A DNA stretch of 64,000 nt from an uncultured Nitrospinaceae bacterium (GTDB lineage Bacteria; UBA8248): contig CAXFSR010000009.1 of NCBI GenBank assembly GCA_964005815.1, positions 1 through 64,000 of the forward strand. The letters run 5' to 3'. This document shows, in pieces, positions 19,673 to 30,842 of the stretch. Position 1 is the first letter of the stretch. Each line of letters begins with the position of its first letter. The position numbers were made by a program, and so were the translations under genes. The notes beneath the pieces are model-generated. The model was not told the DNA's origin. It did not search any database and saw only the letters and a list, made by a program, of their open reading frames with translations.

Positions 19673-22600
19673 TTAAGAACAACCACTGGTTGCACCACAT
19701 GTAATACATTTAAGGCATGTGCCATTTCTTACCAATGTGAATTGTCCACAATCTGCACATGCTTCACCTTCATAACCTTTAGCTCTAGCCTCTTGAATAG
19801 CTGCCCCTTGTGTAGAAGATGAAACTATATCTACGGTATCTTCTTTTTTTATATCTTCACCGTAATCTAATTCGACTCTATCGCTGCGTGGAGCGGAGAT
19901 AGATATTTCGTCTGGATCTAAAGTTTCAATTTCGCCTTCTTCTTCAGAATCAAATTCAGGGATTTCGTTTTCAGGTCTCCCAATTGTATCACTTCTTAAG
20001 TCTTCTGGTGTCACTTGCGAAAGGTCATGTCTTCCTAAATAGGTAATAGCAAGTTCACGGAAAATATAGTCGATAATTGAAGTTGACATCTTTATATGTG
20101 GATTCCCACTAACAATTCCACCTGGTTCAAACCTTGTAAATACAAAGGCATCAACAAATTCATCAATTGGTACTCCATGTTGTAATCCAAGTGAAATAGA
20201 AATAGCAAAGCAATTCATAAGGCTTCTGAATGCAGCGCCTTCTTTATGCATATCTATGAAAATTTCACCTATAGAACCATCTTCATATTCACCAGTGCGC
20301 AGATACACTTTATGTCCACCAACTACTGCTTTTTGGGTATATCCCGCTCTTCTAGAGGGTAATTTTCTTCTTCTAGATTGATATACATATCTCTTGATGA
20401 TTTGCCTTGCTAATACAGTAGGTACGCTTTCGGATGAATCGGAGCCCTTGAGAAGTTCTGTTTCTGACTGTGATGAAAGAGGCTGGCTTAATTTTGAACC
20501 GTCACGATAAATCGCAATTGCTTTTGTCATTAATTTCCATGAATCTTTGTAAATACCTTGAATTTCAGATATAGAACTTTCTGCAGGCATATTGATTGTT
20601 TTACTTATTGCTCCTGAGATGAAAGGCTGAGCTGCTGCCATCATTTCAACATGGGCGGTCGGTGGAATAAACCTTTCTCCATCTTTGCCGCACTTATTTG
20701 CACAGTCAAAAACCGACAAATGTTCCTCTTTTAGATGAGGAGCATCTTCTATAGTCATTTTTCCACAGACATAATCGTTTGCTTCTTGAATTTGTTCTTG
20801 AGTAAATCCAATTAGTTCAAGAAGATTAGTATCCCAACCTTCTAGTTGTTCATCTTTTAATTTAAGATTTTCTTTACAAAAATCTTCTCCCAAAGAATAT
20901 TTGTTAAACGCATATTGTATTTCAAATGCTCCTTCAAGATCAGACTCAACTTTTTGTATTTCTTTATCTGTGAAACCTTTCTCTATTAAAGATTCAGGAT
21001 TTATATGTGGAGCATTTTTTATAGTTCCTCTTCCCCTGCAGTGGGCAACAATTTCTTTTGTTTCTTCCTCAGAATACCCTAACTTTCTTAATGCAAGAGG
21101 AACGGACTGATTGATTATTTTAAAATAACCACCCCCTGCTAATTTTTTAAATTTTACTAGTGCAAAATCTGGTTCAATACCAGTGGTATCGCAATCCATT
21201 ACTAAACCTATGGTCCCAGTTGGAGCTATGACAGTAACTTGAGCATTTCGATACCCATTCTTTTCACCTAGTTTTAAAGCGTTATCCCATGATTTTTGCG
21301 CTGCTTTGAGCATATAATTCGGACAAATTTTCTGGTCAATTCCGACTGGTTTTATTGAAAGGCTTTCGTATTCACTTTTTGGGGAATTATAGGCAACTCT
21401 TCTATGATTTCTTATCACGCGAAGCATATTGTCTTTATTGTGTTCGTATCTTTTAAAGGGGCCTAGTTCTCCAGCTATTTCGGCACTTGTTGCATATGAA
21501 CAACCTGTCATTATAGAAGTAATGGAGGAGCACCACGCGCGAGCTTCAACAGACTCATAAGGTATTCCCATCACCATTAACATAGTTCCTAAATTTGCAT
21601 ACCCTAAGCCTAGTGTTCTGTAATCGTAAGATCTTTGAGCAATTTCTGAACTAGGGAACTGAGCCATGAGTACTGAAATTTCAAGGACCACAGTCCACAA
21701 TCTAACCACATGTTCGTAATTATCTACTTGGAAAGTCCCATTATTAACGTCTAAAAATTTCATTAAGTTCATAGATGCTAAATTACAGGCTGTATCATCC
21801 AAAAACATATATTCAGAGCATGGGTTAGAACCGTTTATCTTTCCGTCGTTAGAGCACGTATGCCAATCATTTATAGTTGTATCAAATTGAATTCCTGGGT
21901 CTGCACAACACCATGCTGCATAACCTATATCCTCCCATAAATCTCTTGCTCTAAGAGTTTCGGAAATTTTTTTGTTCGTACGATTCAATAAATCCCATGA
22001 AGAATCTTTTTCTACTGCTTTCATAAATTTGTCAGTTACTCGTACAGAGTTGTTCGAGTTTTGTCCGGAGACGGTACTATATCCTTCACCTTCCCAGTTT
22101 GTATCTAATTCATCGAATTCTATACTTACGTATCCCTGCTTAGATAACTGTATAGCTCTCTGTATATAATTTGAAGGGACAGAGGCTTTAATTGCATCAG
22201 AAATCGCATGCGAAAGATCTGGATTTTTCTCTGGATTATATAGGTCACCATTTAGGTCAGCTTGTTTTTCCCTATTGCATGCATCCATAATTGTATTCAT
22301 ATGCTGATTACAGTGCTTGCTTCCAGAAACAAGAGCAGCAACTTTCTGTTCTTCTTGAACTTTCCAATTAATAAATTCTCGAACATCAGGATGGTCAATG
22401 TCTAATGTAACCATTTTTGCCGCTCTACGAGTTGTCCCACCTGACTTTATTGCTCCGGCTGAGCGGTCACCTATTTTTAGGAAACTCATTAACCCAGAAC
22501 TTTGTCCACCACCTGAAAGTGATTCTCCAGATCCACGAATATTTGAAAAATTAGAACCTGTTCCAGATCCGTATTTGAATATTCTTGCTTCCCTAGTCCA

Positions 22601-23251
22601 CAAGTCCATAATTCCGCCCTCATTTACGAGGTCATCACTAACGGATTGAATAAAACAAGCGTGTGGTTGCGGATGTTCATATGCATTTGTAGATTTTTGC
22701 AATTTTCCAGAATCTGGGCAGCAGAATGAATGCCCCTGGGCAGGACCAGTAATACCGTAGGCCCAATGTAATCCAGTATTGAACCACTGAGGAGAGTTTG
22801 GTGCTGTCATTTGCGATGCTAGTATGAATGATAATTCCTCGTAAAAAATTCGAGCGTCTTTCTCCGTGTCAAAATAATTGTGTTTCCAACCCCAATAGGA
22901 CCAACATCCGGCTAGACGATGAAAAACTTGTCTTGAATCATTTTCCGAAACAAATTTCTCGTTTTCCTTCATGCCATCCATAGCTTTTTCATCCGGAATC
23001 GAACTTAGAAGCCATTCAGGTGTTCCCTTTTCTTTTACTTTTTTTGTGTGAATAGGGACCCCAGCCTTACGAAAATATTTTTGAGCTAAGATATCTAACG
23101 CAACTTGTGACCAATTTTCAGGAACCATCACGTCTTTAGCTTCAAAAACTAAAGAACCGTCTGGATTTGTGATTTTTGATGTTCTAGGAATGAAATTAAT
23201 TTCCGAATAAAAATCTTTATTTTCTTCTGTAAATCTACGTTTAAACTTCAT
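19673..23251 (-). CDS. nrdJ: Class II (adenosylcobalamin-dependent) ribonucleotide reductase
   Basis: [45 protein letters not shown]-terminal TSCPD-like domain and CxxC...CxxC tail; no intein evident. Confidence 0.93.
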   Translation of the reverse strand: MKFKRRFTEENKDFYSEINFIPRTSKITNPDGSLVFEAKDVMVPENWSQVALDILAQKYFRKAGVPIHTKKVKEKGTPEWLLSSIPDEKAMDGMKENEKFVSENDSRQVFHRLAGCWSYWGWKHNYFDTEKDARIFYEELSFILASQMTAPNSPQWFNTGLHWAYGITGPAQGHSFCCPDSGKLQKSTNAYEHPQPHACFIQSVSDDLVNEGGIMDLWTREARIFKYGSGTGSNFSNIRGSGESLSGGGQSSGLMSFLKIGDRSAGAIKSGGTTRRAAKMVTLDIDHPDVREFINWKVQEEQKVAALVSGSKHCNQHMNTIMDACNREKQADLNGDLYNPEKNPDLSHAISDAIKASVPSNYIQRAIQLSKQGYVSIEFDELDTNWEGEGYSTVSGQNSNNSVRVTDKFMKAVEKDSSWDLLNRTNKKISETLRARDLWEDIGYAAWCCADPGIQFDTTINDWHTCSNDGKINGSNPCSEYMFLDDTACNLASMNLMKFLDVNNGTFQVDNYEHVVRLWTVVLEISVLMAQFPSSEIAQRSYDYRTLGLGYANLGTMLMVMGIPYESVEARAWCSSITSIMTGCSYATSAEIAGELGPFKRYEHNKDNMLRVIRNHRRVAYNSPKSEYESLSIKPVGIDQKICPNYMLKAAQKSWDNALKLGEKNGYRNAQVTVIAPTGTIGLVMDCDTTGIEPDFALVKFKKLAGGGYFKIINQSVPLALRKLGYSEEETKEIVAHCRGRGTIKNAPHINPESLIEKGFTDKEIQKVESDLEGAFEIQYAFNKYSLGEDFCKENLKLKDEQLEGWDTNLLELIGFTQEQIQEANDYVCGKMTIEDAPHLKEEHLSVFDCANKCGKDGERFIPPTAHVEMMAAAQPFISGAISKTINMPAESSISEIQGIYKDSWKLMTKAIAIYRDGSKLSQPLSSQSETELLKGSDSSESVPTVLARQIIKRYVYQSRRRKLPSRRAGYTQKAVVGGHKVYLRTGEYEDGSIGEIFIDMHKEGAAFRSLMNCFAISISLGLQHGVPIDEFVDAFVFTRFEPGGIVSGNPHIKMSTSIIDYIFRELAITYLGRHDLSQVTPEDLRSDTIGRPENEIPEFDSEEEGEIETLDPDEISISAPRSDRVELDYGEDIKKEDTVDIVSSSTQGAAIQEARAKGYEGEACADCGQFTLVRNGTCLKCITCGATSGCS

Positions 23252-23419
23252 TGAAAACTCCGAATCTTTTTACTGATGGGCTACTTTGGAAGGGAAATGA
23301 TTGAATTCTAAAATTAAGCACAAAATACCTTTTCCGAAAGGAATATTTAAAAATAATACTTCATGGACAAGTAGACATAGTAAAATATTCCTTTTTATTG
23401 TGTCAACAGAAAATTTTAT

Positions 23420-23470
23420 TTATCCACAAGATAATGGACTTTTTCCACAAAATATCCCCAGATATTGTGT
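23420..23470. promoter_or_regulatory. Tandem NrdR-like boxes overlapping two DnaA boxes upstream of nrdJ
   Basis: NrdR-like CCACAAGATAATGGAC (23424-39) and TCCCCAGATATTGTGT (23455-70), 31 bp apart; DnaA boxes TTATCCACA (23420-28) and TTTTCCACA (23441-49). Confidence 0.6.
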
Positions 23471-23578
23471 TTTTTGATTAAAATTACATTAATTCTTTTG
23501 ATTATTTTTTTAATTTGTAGTTATATAGAATCTATAATTTCGTATCTTTTTAAGTAATCAAAACAATCCGGAGTTTTC

Positions 23579-24940
23579 ATGAAAATATATGATTTGGCAG
23601 TTATTGGAGGAGGTCCAGCAGGATATCACGCTGCTATAGAGTTATCCAAAAAAAACAAGAAATCCATAGTCATTGATGAAAAAACTCTTGGTGGTACGTG
23701 TTTACATTTAGGCTGTATCCCCAGCAAAAGTTTAATCTCATCTGCGGGATTATTTCGGAATTTAAAAAAAGCAAACGACTACGGGATAACTTTAAATGAA
23801 AATTTTTCTGCTGATTTGCAACTAATGATTTCTAAGAAAAACAAAATAGTTAGTAACTTAGAGAAGGGTATTTTTAATCTGTTCAAAAATCATGGAGTTG
23901 AATTTGTGCAAGGTCGGGGAGAGATTCAAGAAGTCAATCGTGTGAGAGTAAAAAATATGAATGAGGAAATTAGTGATATTCATGCCAATAATATTCTTAT
24001 TGCGACAGGGTCAAGACCAAGAACTTTACCTTCCTTTCCTATAGATGGAGATAAAATCATTACAAGTGATCATGCTGTGAATCTAGAAAAAATCCCAAAA
24101 CGTCTTTTAGTTTTAGGTGGTGGATATATAGGTTGTGAGTTAGCTTGTTTTTATAACGAAATAGGTTCGGAAGTCCATGTAATTGAAGGTTTAGAGAGTC
24201 TTGTCCCAAATCTTGATTCTGATATTTCGAAATTCTTAGAACGTGAGTTTAGAAAACAAAAAATAAAAGTTCGAACCAATGAATTTGTTTCTGGTATTGA
24301 AATACAAAATGATGAAGTGTTAGTCCAATTTGAAAATGGAGAAGAACTTGTTGTTGATAAAATTCTGATTGCAATCGGAAGATCTCCTAATTCTGAAGGT
24401 ATAGGTTTGGAGAATGTAGGAATTAAGATAGAGAGTAATGGAACAATTTTTTGTGACGAAAATATGAGAACAAATGTTGAAAATATTTATGTTGCAGGTG
24501 ATGTTGCTGGTAGAATTATGCTTGCACATGTTGCAAGTTATGAGGGGTTCATCGTTGCGGAGAATATATCTGGAATTCCTGCGAAGATTGACTACTCGTT
24601 AGTTCCTTGCGGGATTTTTACATATCCCGAAATAGGATCGGTTGGATTATCAGAAAAAGATGCAATATCTATGGGAAAAAGTGTTAAAATCAGTCGTTTT
24701 GATATTAGAGGTCTAGGAAAAGCACATGCTGATAGAACTATAGAAGGTTTTGTCAAAATTGTTAGTTGCGCAGAAGATGACTCGATACTTGGTATGCATA
24801 TCGTTAGTTCCCATGCTGCAGATCTAGTACATGAAGGAGTGGCTGCTATGAAAGGGGGAATTAAAATTGAGGAACTCGGAATGATGATTCACTCTCATCC
24901 TACATTGTCTGAAGGTATTATGCTTGCTGCTCTTAGCTAA
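23579..24940 (+). CDS. lpdA: Dihydrolipoamide dehydrogenase
   Basis: GGGPAGY, GGTCLHLGCIPSK redox disulfide, GGGYIGCE, HPTLSE. Confidence 0.9.
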   Translation: MKIYDLAVIGGGPAGYHAAIELSKKNKKSIVIDEKTLGGTCLHLGCIPSKSLISSAGLFRNLKKANDYGITLNENFSADLQLMISKKNKIVSNLEKGIFNLFKNHGVEFVQGRGEIQEVNRVRVKNMNEEISDIHANNILIATGSRPRTLPSFPIDGDKIITSDHAVNLEKIPKRLLVLGGGYIGCELACFYNEIGSEVHVIEGLESLVPNLDSDISKFLEREFRKQKIKVRTNEFVSGIEIQNDEVLVQFENGEELVVDKILIAIGRSPNSEGIGLENVGIKIESNGTIFCDENMRTNVENIYVAGDVAGRIMLAHVASYEGFIVAENISGIPAKIDYSLVPCGIFTYPEIGSVGLSEKDAISMGKSVKISRFDIRGLGKAHADRTIEGFVKIVSCAEDDSILGMHIVSSHAADLVHEGVAAMKGGIKIEELGMMIHSHPTLSEGIMLAALS

Positions 24941-25923
24941 GTATATTGCACTTCGATCAGCCTGTCTTTTGAATTTATGATATCGTCCGATAATAATTTC
25001 TTTAGCTCGGAGACAATTGGTCCTGGTTTCCCATTGCCTATTTTTTTATTGTCCCACTCCACAATAGGAGCTACTCCAATAGAACTCCCTATAAACATCA
25101 TTTCTTTGGATCCTCTTGCTTCTTCTACACTAATATCACAAATATTTACATCTTTAATAATTCCTTTTCCTATTAGAGATTCCGCTAATTCTAATATACG
25201 TTTTGCAGTACACCCAGAAAGAATGTTGTCGAACTTGGGGTGTTTTAATTTGTCGTCTTGACTTACAAAAGCTGTATTCATATTCGAACCTTCTCCCACA
25301 TTTCCATATGAATCTACAAAAATTCCATTATCAAAACCTTTTTCTTTCGCTTCCAATTGCATTAAGGTATTAGGTAAATAGTTTGTACTTTTAGTAACTG
25401 CATAGAGTGCAGGTTTAATAGGATAAGAAGTAGTGATAACTTTCATCCCTTCATTATAGTATCTTTCCGGGTAATCAAGTCCTCCAAAAATCATTACAAA
25501 GAATGCAGGTTTAGCGTCTTCGGGAGGTATAAGTCCTAAGTTGCCAGTCCCAGATGAAATCCAATATCTTATTGAGCCATCCCTTCTATTTGAAATAGCA
25601 GTTGTGTCTAAAATAATTTTTTTCATTTGTTCTTTTGGAAATGGCAACAAAAGTTTTGAATTTTTTGCAGAAATAATAAATCGATCTAAATGAGCGTCAA
25701 GGTCATAAACTTTTCCGTTGGCAATTGCGGCAGTATCAAATATTCCATGTCCCCTATGAACCATATGGTCATCAAAGGGAATAACCATTAAGGAATCTTC
25801 TTTTATAATTCCACCGAGTTGACTAGAATAAAATGCAGAGTACCCTGAATCTTTTCCTTCTCTAAGTTTGCCTAAGTTGTGTAACAATTCAGATTCAGTT
25901 AATACCTTAGTTAATTCACTCAT
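24937..25923 (-). CDS. PLP-dependent class IV aminotransferase (D-amino-acid aminotransferase/ADC lyase-like)
   Basis: DDHMVHRGHGIFDT, HLDRF, TKSTNYL (PLP Lys), EGSNMN, ILSGCT. Confidence 0.85.
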   Translation of the reverse strand: MSELTKVLTESELLHNLGKLREGKDSGYSAFYSSQLGGIIKEDSLMVIPFDDHMVHRGHGIFDTAAIANGKVYDLDAHLDRFIISAKNSKLLLPFPKEQMKKIILDTTAISNRRDGSIRYWISSGTGNLGLIPPEDAKPAFFVMIFGGLDYPERYYNEGMKVITTSYPIKPALYAVTKSTNYLPNTLMQLEAKEKGFDNGIFVDSYGNVGEGSNMNTAFVSQDDKLKHPKFDNILSGCTAKRILELAESLIGKGIIKDVNICDISVEEARGSKEMMFIGSSIGVAPIVEWDNKKIGNGKPGPIVSELKKLLSDDIINSKDRLIEVQYT

Positions 25924-25972
25924 CTAATAAATTCCTTTTTGATTGGGTATATAAAGTTTCTAAGAACGATTA

Positions 25973-28006
25973 CTATTCTTCTAATGATTCTGCAACAAGC
26001 TCGGCAATATCCATTGCTCTGATATTTTTTTCCGGGTCTATAGTTTTGAGTGCGTCATCAAACATTTGCATACAAAATGGGCAAGATACTGCAGCTGTCT
26101 TTGCTCCACAATCTTTCACTTGTTCTAAGCGAGTATGATTTATTCTTTTGTCAGGTTCATCGTCCATCCATGCATAACCACCACCTGCTCCACAGCATAA
26201 AGAACTTGACTTAGACTGTTCAAGTTCTATGTAACCATCTTTTGATGTGATTGTTTTAAGAACATTTCGCGGTTGGGAATAAATTTTATTATGTCTTCCT
26301 AAATAGCAGGGATCGTGGTAGGTAACGTTTGAAAAAGATTTTTTCAGATTTAATTTTCCGTTTTTAATGAGGTCATTGATTAGTTCCGTGTGATGTATAA
26401 CTTCATAATTTCCGTTGAAATCTGGGTATTCATTTTTATAGGTATTGAAACAATGGGGGCATGTAGTAATAATTTTACTTACTCCATATTCATTCAGAGT
26501 CTCAATATTCTTCTTAGCACAAATTTGAAAGGTGAATTCACCACCGGCTCTCCGAGCGGGGTCTCCAGTGCATACTTCTTCCGCACCTAAGATCCCAAAA
26601 TCGACACTGGCAGCATTTAAAATTTTCACCATTGCTTTTGTAACTTGTATGTTTCTATCTATCATTGAACCAGTACATCCTACCCAGTAAAGATATTCAG
26701 CATTTACTTCTTTCGATAAAATTTTAATATCCATACCTTCATACCACTCTTCTCGATTATGCTGGGCCCCTACCCAAGGGTGCATTCTTTCTTCTATCGA
26801 TTTCAAGAATTGTCTGGTGTTTTCTGGAGTCTTTGACTCCATCATTACCAAGTGACGACGCATGTCTATCATTTTAGGAATATGTTCTATGAAGACTGGG
26901 CACTCTTCTTGACAAGCACCACATGTTCTGCAACCCCAGAGTTCTTCTTCCAATACGGCTGAATTTTTTTCATCTCCAAATAACTTACCTTCGTTTTTTT
27001 CTTGTTTTTTTGAAAATTTAGAATGCCCGGTTTCAGATAAATGCAATTTCATGTCTTGAATAAGCTTTTTCGGGCTTAGCGGAACACCACTACCATATGC
27101 TGGGCAGACATCCTGACAACGGCCACAGTTTGTACAGGCATCCAAATCTAATAGTCCTTTCCATGAGTATTGCTCTATTTTTTCAACTCCTAGATTCTCA
27201 ATATCATCTGGATTGTTTTCCATAGATTCTTCAATATCGACAAATTCAAGTTTTCCGCTTGGATTGAGATTCCTGAAAGTTATATTCATAATTCCATACC
27301 AGATATGATTGAACTTTCCAAAACCCATGTATCCAATAAAGATAAATGCAGTAATTGCATGAAACCACCAATTAAATCTATGCAAAAATAATAAGTTTTT
27401 CGTATCTATATGCTGAAAAGCCAAAGCTAAAATATAGCCACCAGGAGACCAAATAGCTAAATCGGGTTTTTGGTTTAACTCTGTGAGTGCAATTCTTAGA
27501 CCTTCTACTACAAATCCCTGAACAAAAATTAACAGAAGTAACCCTAATGCTATATAGTCGTCAGCGATGGAATTCATTCTGTCAGGTCGAATAATTAATC
27601 TTCTCCACAAAGCCATACCAAGTCCTATGATGCCTAAAATTCCAAAACTATCACTAATTAAAGAATACCAAAGATAAAAATTTCCCTTAAGGAAGTGTAT
27701 GCCACTCCATTCTTGTATAGCGATTAATGTGGTTGCAAGAAGAGAAACAAAGAATCCGTAAAAAATAAATAAATGCATTAATCCGGCATACGTATCCCTT
27801 AATTGTCTTTTATGCGTAAAGACTTCATTAAAAAGACCATAAATTCTTTTTGGCATTTGGTCTGTTCTAATTTCACTAACACCCAATCGCCATAATCTAA
27901 CTCTTTTCCAAATTCCCCAAAACATAAAACAAATGGCTAAAAGAGCTAAAAGATAAACCATTTGCCCAAAATAAACATTCCAATAAATTTCTCTGGTAAA
28001 TTCCAT
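25973..28006 (-). CDS. Membrane-bound Fe-S oxidoreductase (NarI-like TM + 2x[4Fe-4S] + CCG domains; FadF/HdrF-like)
   Basis: N-terminal TM helices with His (GLMHLFIF, WWFH), CTNCGRCQDVCP, CRTCGACQEECP, VGC/CTG/CPHC, HDPC/CCG/CPFC. Confidence 0.85.
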   Translation of the reverse strand: MEFTREIYWNVYFGQMVYLLALLAICFMFWGIWKRVRLWRLGVSEIRTDQMPKRIYGLFNEVFTHKRQLRDTYAGLMHLFIFYGFFVSLLATTLIAIQEWSGIHFLKGNFYLWYSLISDSFGILGIIGLGMALWRRLIIRPDRMNSIADDYIALGLLLLIFVQGFVVEGLRIALTELNQKPDLAIWSPGGYILALAFQHIDTKNLLFLHRFNWWFHAITAFIFIGYMGFGKFNHIWYGIMNITFRNLNPSGKLEFVDIEESMENNPDDIENLGVEKIEQYSWKGLLDLDACTNCGRCQDVCPAYGSGVPLSPKKLIQDMKLHLSETGHSKFSKKQEKNEGKLFGDEKNSAVLEEELWGCRTCGACQEECPVFIEHIPKMIDMRRHLVMMESKTPENTRQFLKSIEERMHPWVGAQHNREEWYEGMDIKILSKEVNAEYLYWVGCTGSMIDRNIQVTKAMVKILNAASVDFGILGAEEVCTGDPARRAGGEFTFQICAKKNIETLNEYGVSKIITTCPHCFNTYKNEYPDFNGNYEVIHHTELINDLIKNGKLNLKKSFSNVTYHDPCYLGRHNKIYSQPRNVLKTITSKDGYIELEQSKSSSLCCGAGGGYAWMDDEPDKRINHTRLEQVKDCGAKTAAVSCPFCMQMFDDALKTIDPEKNIRAMDIAELVAESLEE

Positions 28007-28219
28007 CGTTTTACTTTCCAGTCTTTATACAGTGGTTTATTTTTTTTCATAACAATTGATATATGATGATAAGGTATCCTAATAAATCTCATCTTTCAAT
28101 TATTCTAGGCGACTGTTATTTTTTTGTGTTTCTGAAAAAGCCTTTCTTTTTAATTTTTCTTTTATCATCATGAGTAAAAATGTTAGATTTAGTAATAGCT
28201 TTTTGAGAATTAAATTTAT

Positions 28220-28639
28220 TTGGAAGTTTCAATGAAAAACCAAGTCATTCGAGTTTTAATAGCTAAACCTGGTTTAGATGGACATGACAGGGGTGCGAAA
28301 ATTATTGCAAGACATTTAAGAGATGCTGGGATGGAGGTAATCTATACTGGACTTAGGCAGACTCCAGAACAAATTGTTTCTACTGCTATTCAAGAAGATG
28401 TTTCTGCAATCGGTTTATCTATTCTCTCTGGGGCTCATAATCATCTTTTCCCAGTTATAAAAGAACTTCTCAATGAAAATGGAATGGACGATGTGTTGTT
28501 ATTTGGCGGAGGAACAATTCCAAAGGAAGATATCGATGTTTTGGAAAAGAAAGGAATAGGGAAAATTTTCACTCCTGGTTCTAAGCTGGAAGATATTGAG
28601 AAGTATCTTAAGTCAGAGGTTTCTAGTAAGAGTGTTTAG
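28220..28639 (+). CDS. Stand-alone cobalamin-binding subunit (methylmalonyl-CoA mutase C-terminal domain)
   Basis: [12 protein letters not shown] (DxHxxG), [16 protein letters not shown]; likely start ATG 28232. Confidence 0.9.
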   Translation: MEVSMKNQVIRVLIAKPGLDGHDRGAKIIARHLRDAGMEVIYTGLRQTPEQIVSTAIQEDVSAIGLSILSGAHNHLFPVIKELLNENGMDDVLLFGGGTIPKEDIDVLEKKGIGKIFTPGSKLEDIEKYLKSEVSSKSV

Positions 28640-28661
28640 TTTAAACTTATAGGATATAAAT

Positions 28662-29099
28662 GTGAAGAAATATATAATTTTCATGGTGCTAATTTTTTCT
28701 TTTTCCCCTTTGTTTCTGTCATGTACTAAAAGTCCCATTGAAAAGGCTATAAGGGGGAAATTAAAATCAGCCAATGAAAATATTGCGGTTTCTAATCATT
28801 GTCAAAGTTGCCACTTGCATGCAGATTTTGTTCCAGAATTACATATTTTAAAAATGCAGAAAAAATATAACGCTTCTCCTGTTTTAAGTAAGAGCACTAG
28901 GTGTCTCCAGTGCCATAATTTGAAACTTGAAAATCTTTTCTCAAGAGAAAAACGTTTTACAAATACTTCACATGGTAGACTTCTGAGTATTATTCCTTCT
29001 GAGAAAGAATTTAGAGAAAAGATTAAACTTCCGAAAAAGATAAAGAGGAAAAAAAAGAAAAAAATGGAAAGGAAGTGGTATTTTTTCTATCTTTATTGA
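28662..29099 (+). CDS. Putative diheme c-type cytochrome lipoprotein
   Basis: Lipobox-like LFLSC, CQSCH and CLQCH, Lys-rich then aromatic C-terminus. Confidence 0.65.
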   Translation: MKKYIIFMVLIFSFSPLFLSCTKSPIEKAIRGKLKSANENIAVSNHCQSCHLHADFVPELHILKMQKKYNASPVLSKSTRCLQCHNLKLENLFSREKRFTNTSHGRLLSIIPSEKEFREKIKLPKKIKRKKKKKMERKWYFFYLY

Positions 29100-29905
29100 T
29101 TGGGGTCCAAAAAATCTCTTATCCCATCCCCCATTAGATTTAATCCCAGTACTGTAAAAGCAATTAAGAGACCTGGATATAGTGTGAGGTGAGGAGCGAC
29201 AAGTAAAAAATTTCTTCCTTCTGCGATCATTGACCCCCAACTTGCATGCGGTGGTTGAATTCCAAGACCTAAAAATGAGAGGCCGGCTTCTGCTAAGATA
29301 TTTCCGGCGACACCAAAACTTGCTTCAATGATTATAGAAGAAGTAATATTTGTTAGTAGATGACTTTGAAAGATTCTTCTATGCGTTGCTCCTTGAGCCA
29401 CGGCTGCAATTACGAATTCCCTTTCTTTAAGACTCAAAATTTGCGAGCGGACTAGTCGAGCGTAACCAACCCAACCAAAGGTAGAGAGTGCGATTATAAT
29501 ATTGAGAACACTTGGTTCTAAAACCGACATAAGACCTATTGCAAGGAGTATTCCAGGGAATGCTAGAAAAATATCAGTGATTCTCATTATGATTTCATCT
29601 AACAAGCCACCTGTATAACCCGCTATAGTCCCAATAAGGGTTCCTATTATCACTGAAACTATTACGACAGAAAATCCAACCAGAAGTGATATTTTTGCGC
29701 CTTCTAATGTGCGGGATAAAATATCTCTACCAAGTTTGTCAAATCCAAAAGGATGTCCCCATTCTGGTTTTGCTAAACCTTTTGAAAGCTGAATTTCGTA
29801 TGGATCAGAGATTGAAATGAAAGAGGAAAAAAATGTTGCAAGTAAGATAAAAAGGATAATTGTAAAACCAATATTAAAATTAATCCTCTTAAACATTTTG
29901 ATCAA
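29093..29905 (-). CDS. Peptide/nickel ABC transporter permease (DppC/OppC-like)
   Basis: HPFGFDKLGRDILSR, EAA-loop EFVIAAVAQGA, LSFLGLG, WGSMI. Confidence 0.9.
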   Translation of the reverse strand: MIKMFKRINFNIGFTIILFILLATFFSSFISISDPYEIQLSKGLAKPEWGHPFGFDKLGRDILSRTLEGAKISLLVGFSVVIVSVIIGTLIGTIAGYTGGLLDEIIMRITDIFLAFPGILLAIGLMSVLEPSVLNIIIALSTFGWVGYARLVRSQILSLKEREFVIAAVAQGATHRRIFQSHLLTNITSSIIIEASFGVAGNILAEAGLSFLGLGIQPPHASWGSMIAEGRNFLLVAPHLTLYPGLLIAFTVLGLNLMGDGIRDFLDPNQ

Positions 29906-30818
29906 TCCTTATTCTTGGGTCTAATAATCCGTATAAAATATCTGCTAGAAGATTTGTGATTATGTAAACTGTTGCTATAAAAATTACGCATCCTTGGACA
30001 AGTTGATAATCTCTTGCCGATATAGATTGAATAATTAGTCTTCCTACTCCAGGCCAGGCAAAAACTGTTTCAGTTATTATTGTTCCTGTTAAAAGTGCTC
30101 CAAGTTGGAGACTTAAAATAGTAATTATTGGTAAACATGCATTTCTGAATGCATGGATAAAGATAACCCTTCTCTCTGAAAGTCCTTTTGCTTTTGCAGT
30201 TGCAAGAAAATCTTGGGGGAGTATTTCTAAAAAACTAGATCTAATCATTCTCATGAGAACTGCTGAAAGAGATGCCCCTAAGGTGAGAGCTGGTAAAATG
30301 ATACTTTCTATTCCTTCTCTACCCGAAACAGGGAACCAACCCGTTCCTATTGAAAAACAAATAATCAAAATAGGACCTAGCCAGAAAACGGGTACGCTTC
30401 CTCCTATAACTGCAATAATACTCGATATTATATCTAACCAACTTCCAGGACTTCTTGCAGATGCAATTCCTAAGGGTAACGCTATAAAAATAGCTACTAT
30501 TATCGAAGAAAATGCAAGTTCAAATGAGGCTTTGGCTTTTTTTATAATTAAGGATGAGACTTTTTCTTTCCTATGAATAGATTTGCCTAAATCTCCTTGT
30601 AGGAGTTGTTTCATATAATTGGTATATTGTTGATGTACTGGTTTGTCTAATCCCATTGCCTTTCTCAATTCTTCGCGATGACTTGGTCTAGCCGTTTCGC
30701 CTAAAATTAAGTCTACGGGGTCTCCTGGAATTAAATGTGTGATAACAAATACAATAGTTGCAACACCCCAAATAATAGGGAGAAGAAGTAATAATCTTTT
30801 CAAAATTAGATTACGCAA
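29889..30818 (-). CDS. Peptide/nickel ABC transporter permease (DppB/OppB-like)
   Basis: IPGDP, GDLGKS, AKAKGLS, ITETVFAWPGVG, DPRI. Confidence 0.9.
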   Translation of the reverse strand: MRNLILKRLLLLLPIIWGVATIVFVITHLIPGDPVDLILGETARPSHREELRKAMGLDKPVHQQYTNYMKQLLQGDLGKSIHRKEKVSSLIIKKAKASFELAFSSIIVAIFIALPLGIASARSPGSWLDIISSIIAVIGGSVPVFWLGPILIICFSIGTGWFPVSGREGIESIILPALTLGASLSAVLMRMIRSSFLEILPQDFLATAKAKGLSERRVIFIHAFRNACLPIITILSLQLGALLTGTIITETVFAWPGVGRLIIQSISARDYQLVQGCVIFIATVYIITNLLADILYGLLDPRIRIDQNV

Positions 30819-30842
30819 TGTTTCGCCTTTGAAAAATTGATT

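Noticed and set aside
19673..23251. Intein or intron in the long nrdJ, or an upstream cobalamin riboswitch
   Set aside because: No intein splice or LAGLIDADG motifs recognised; length fits NrdJ with insertions plus C-terminal domain. The upstream region is AT-rich with no recognisable B12 box (an Rfam scan would be decisive)
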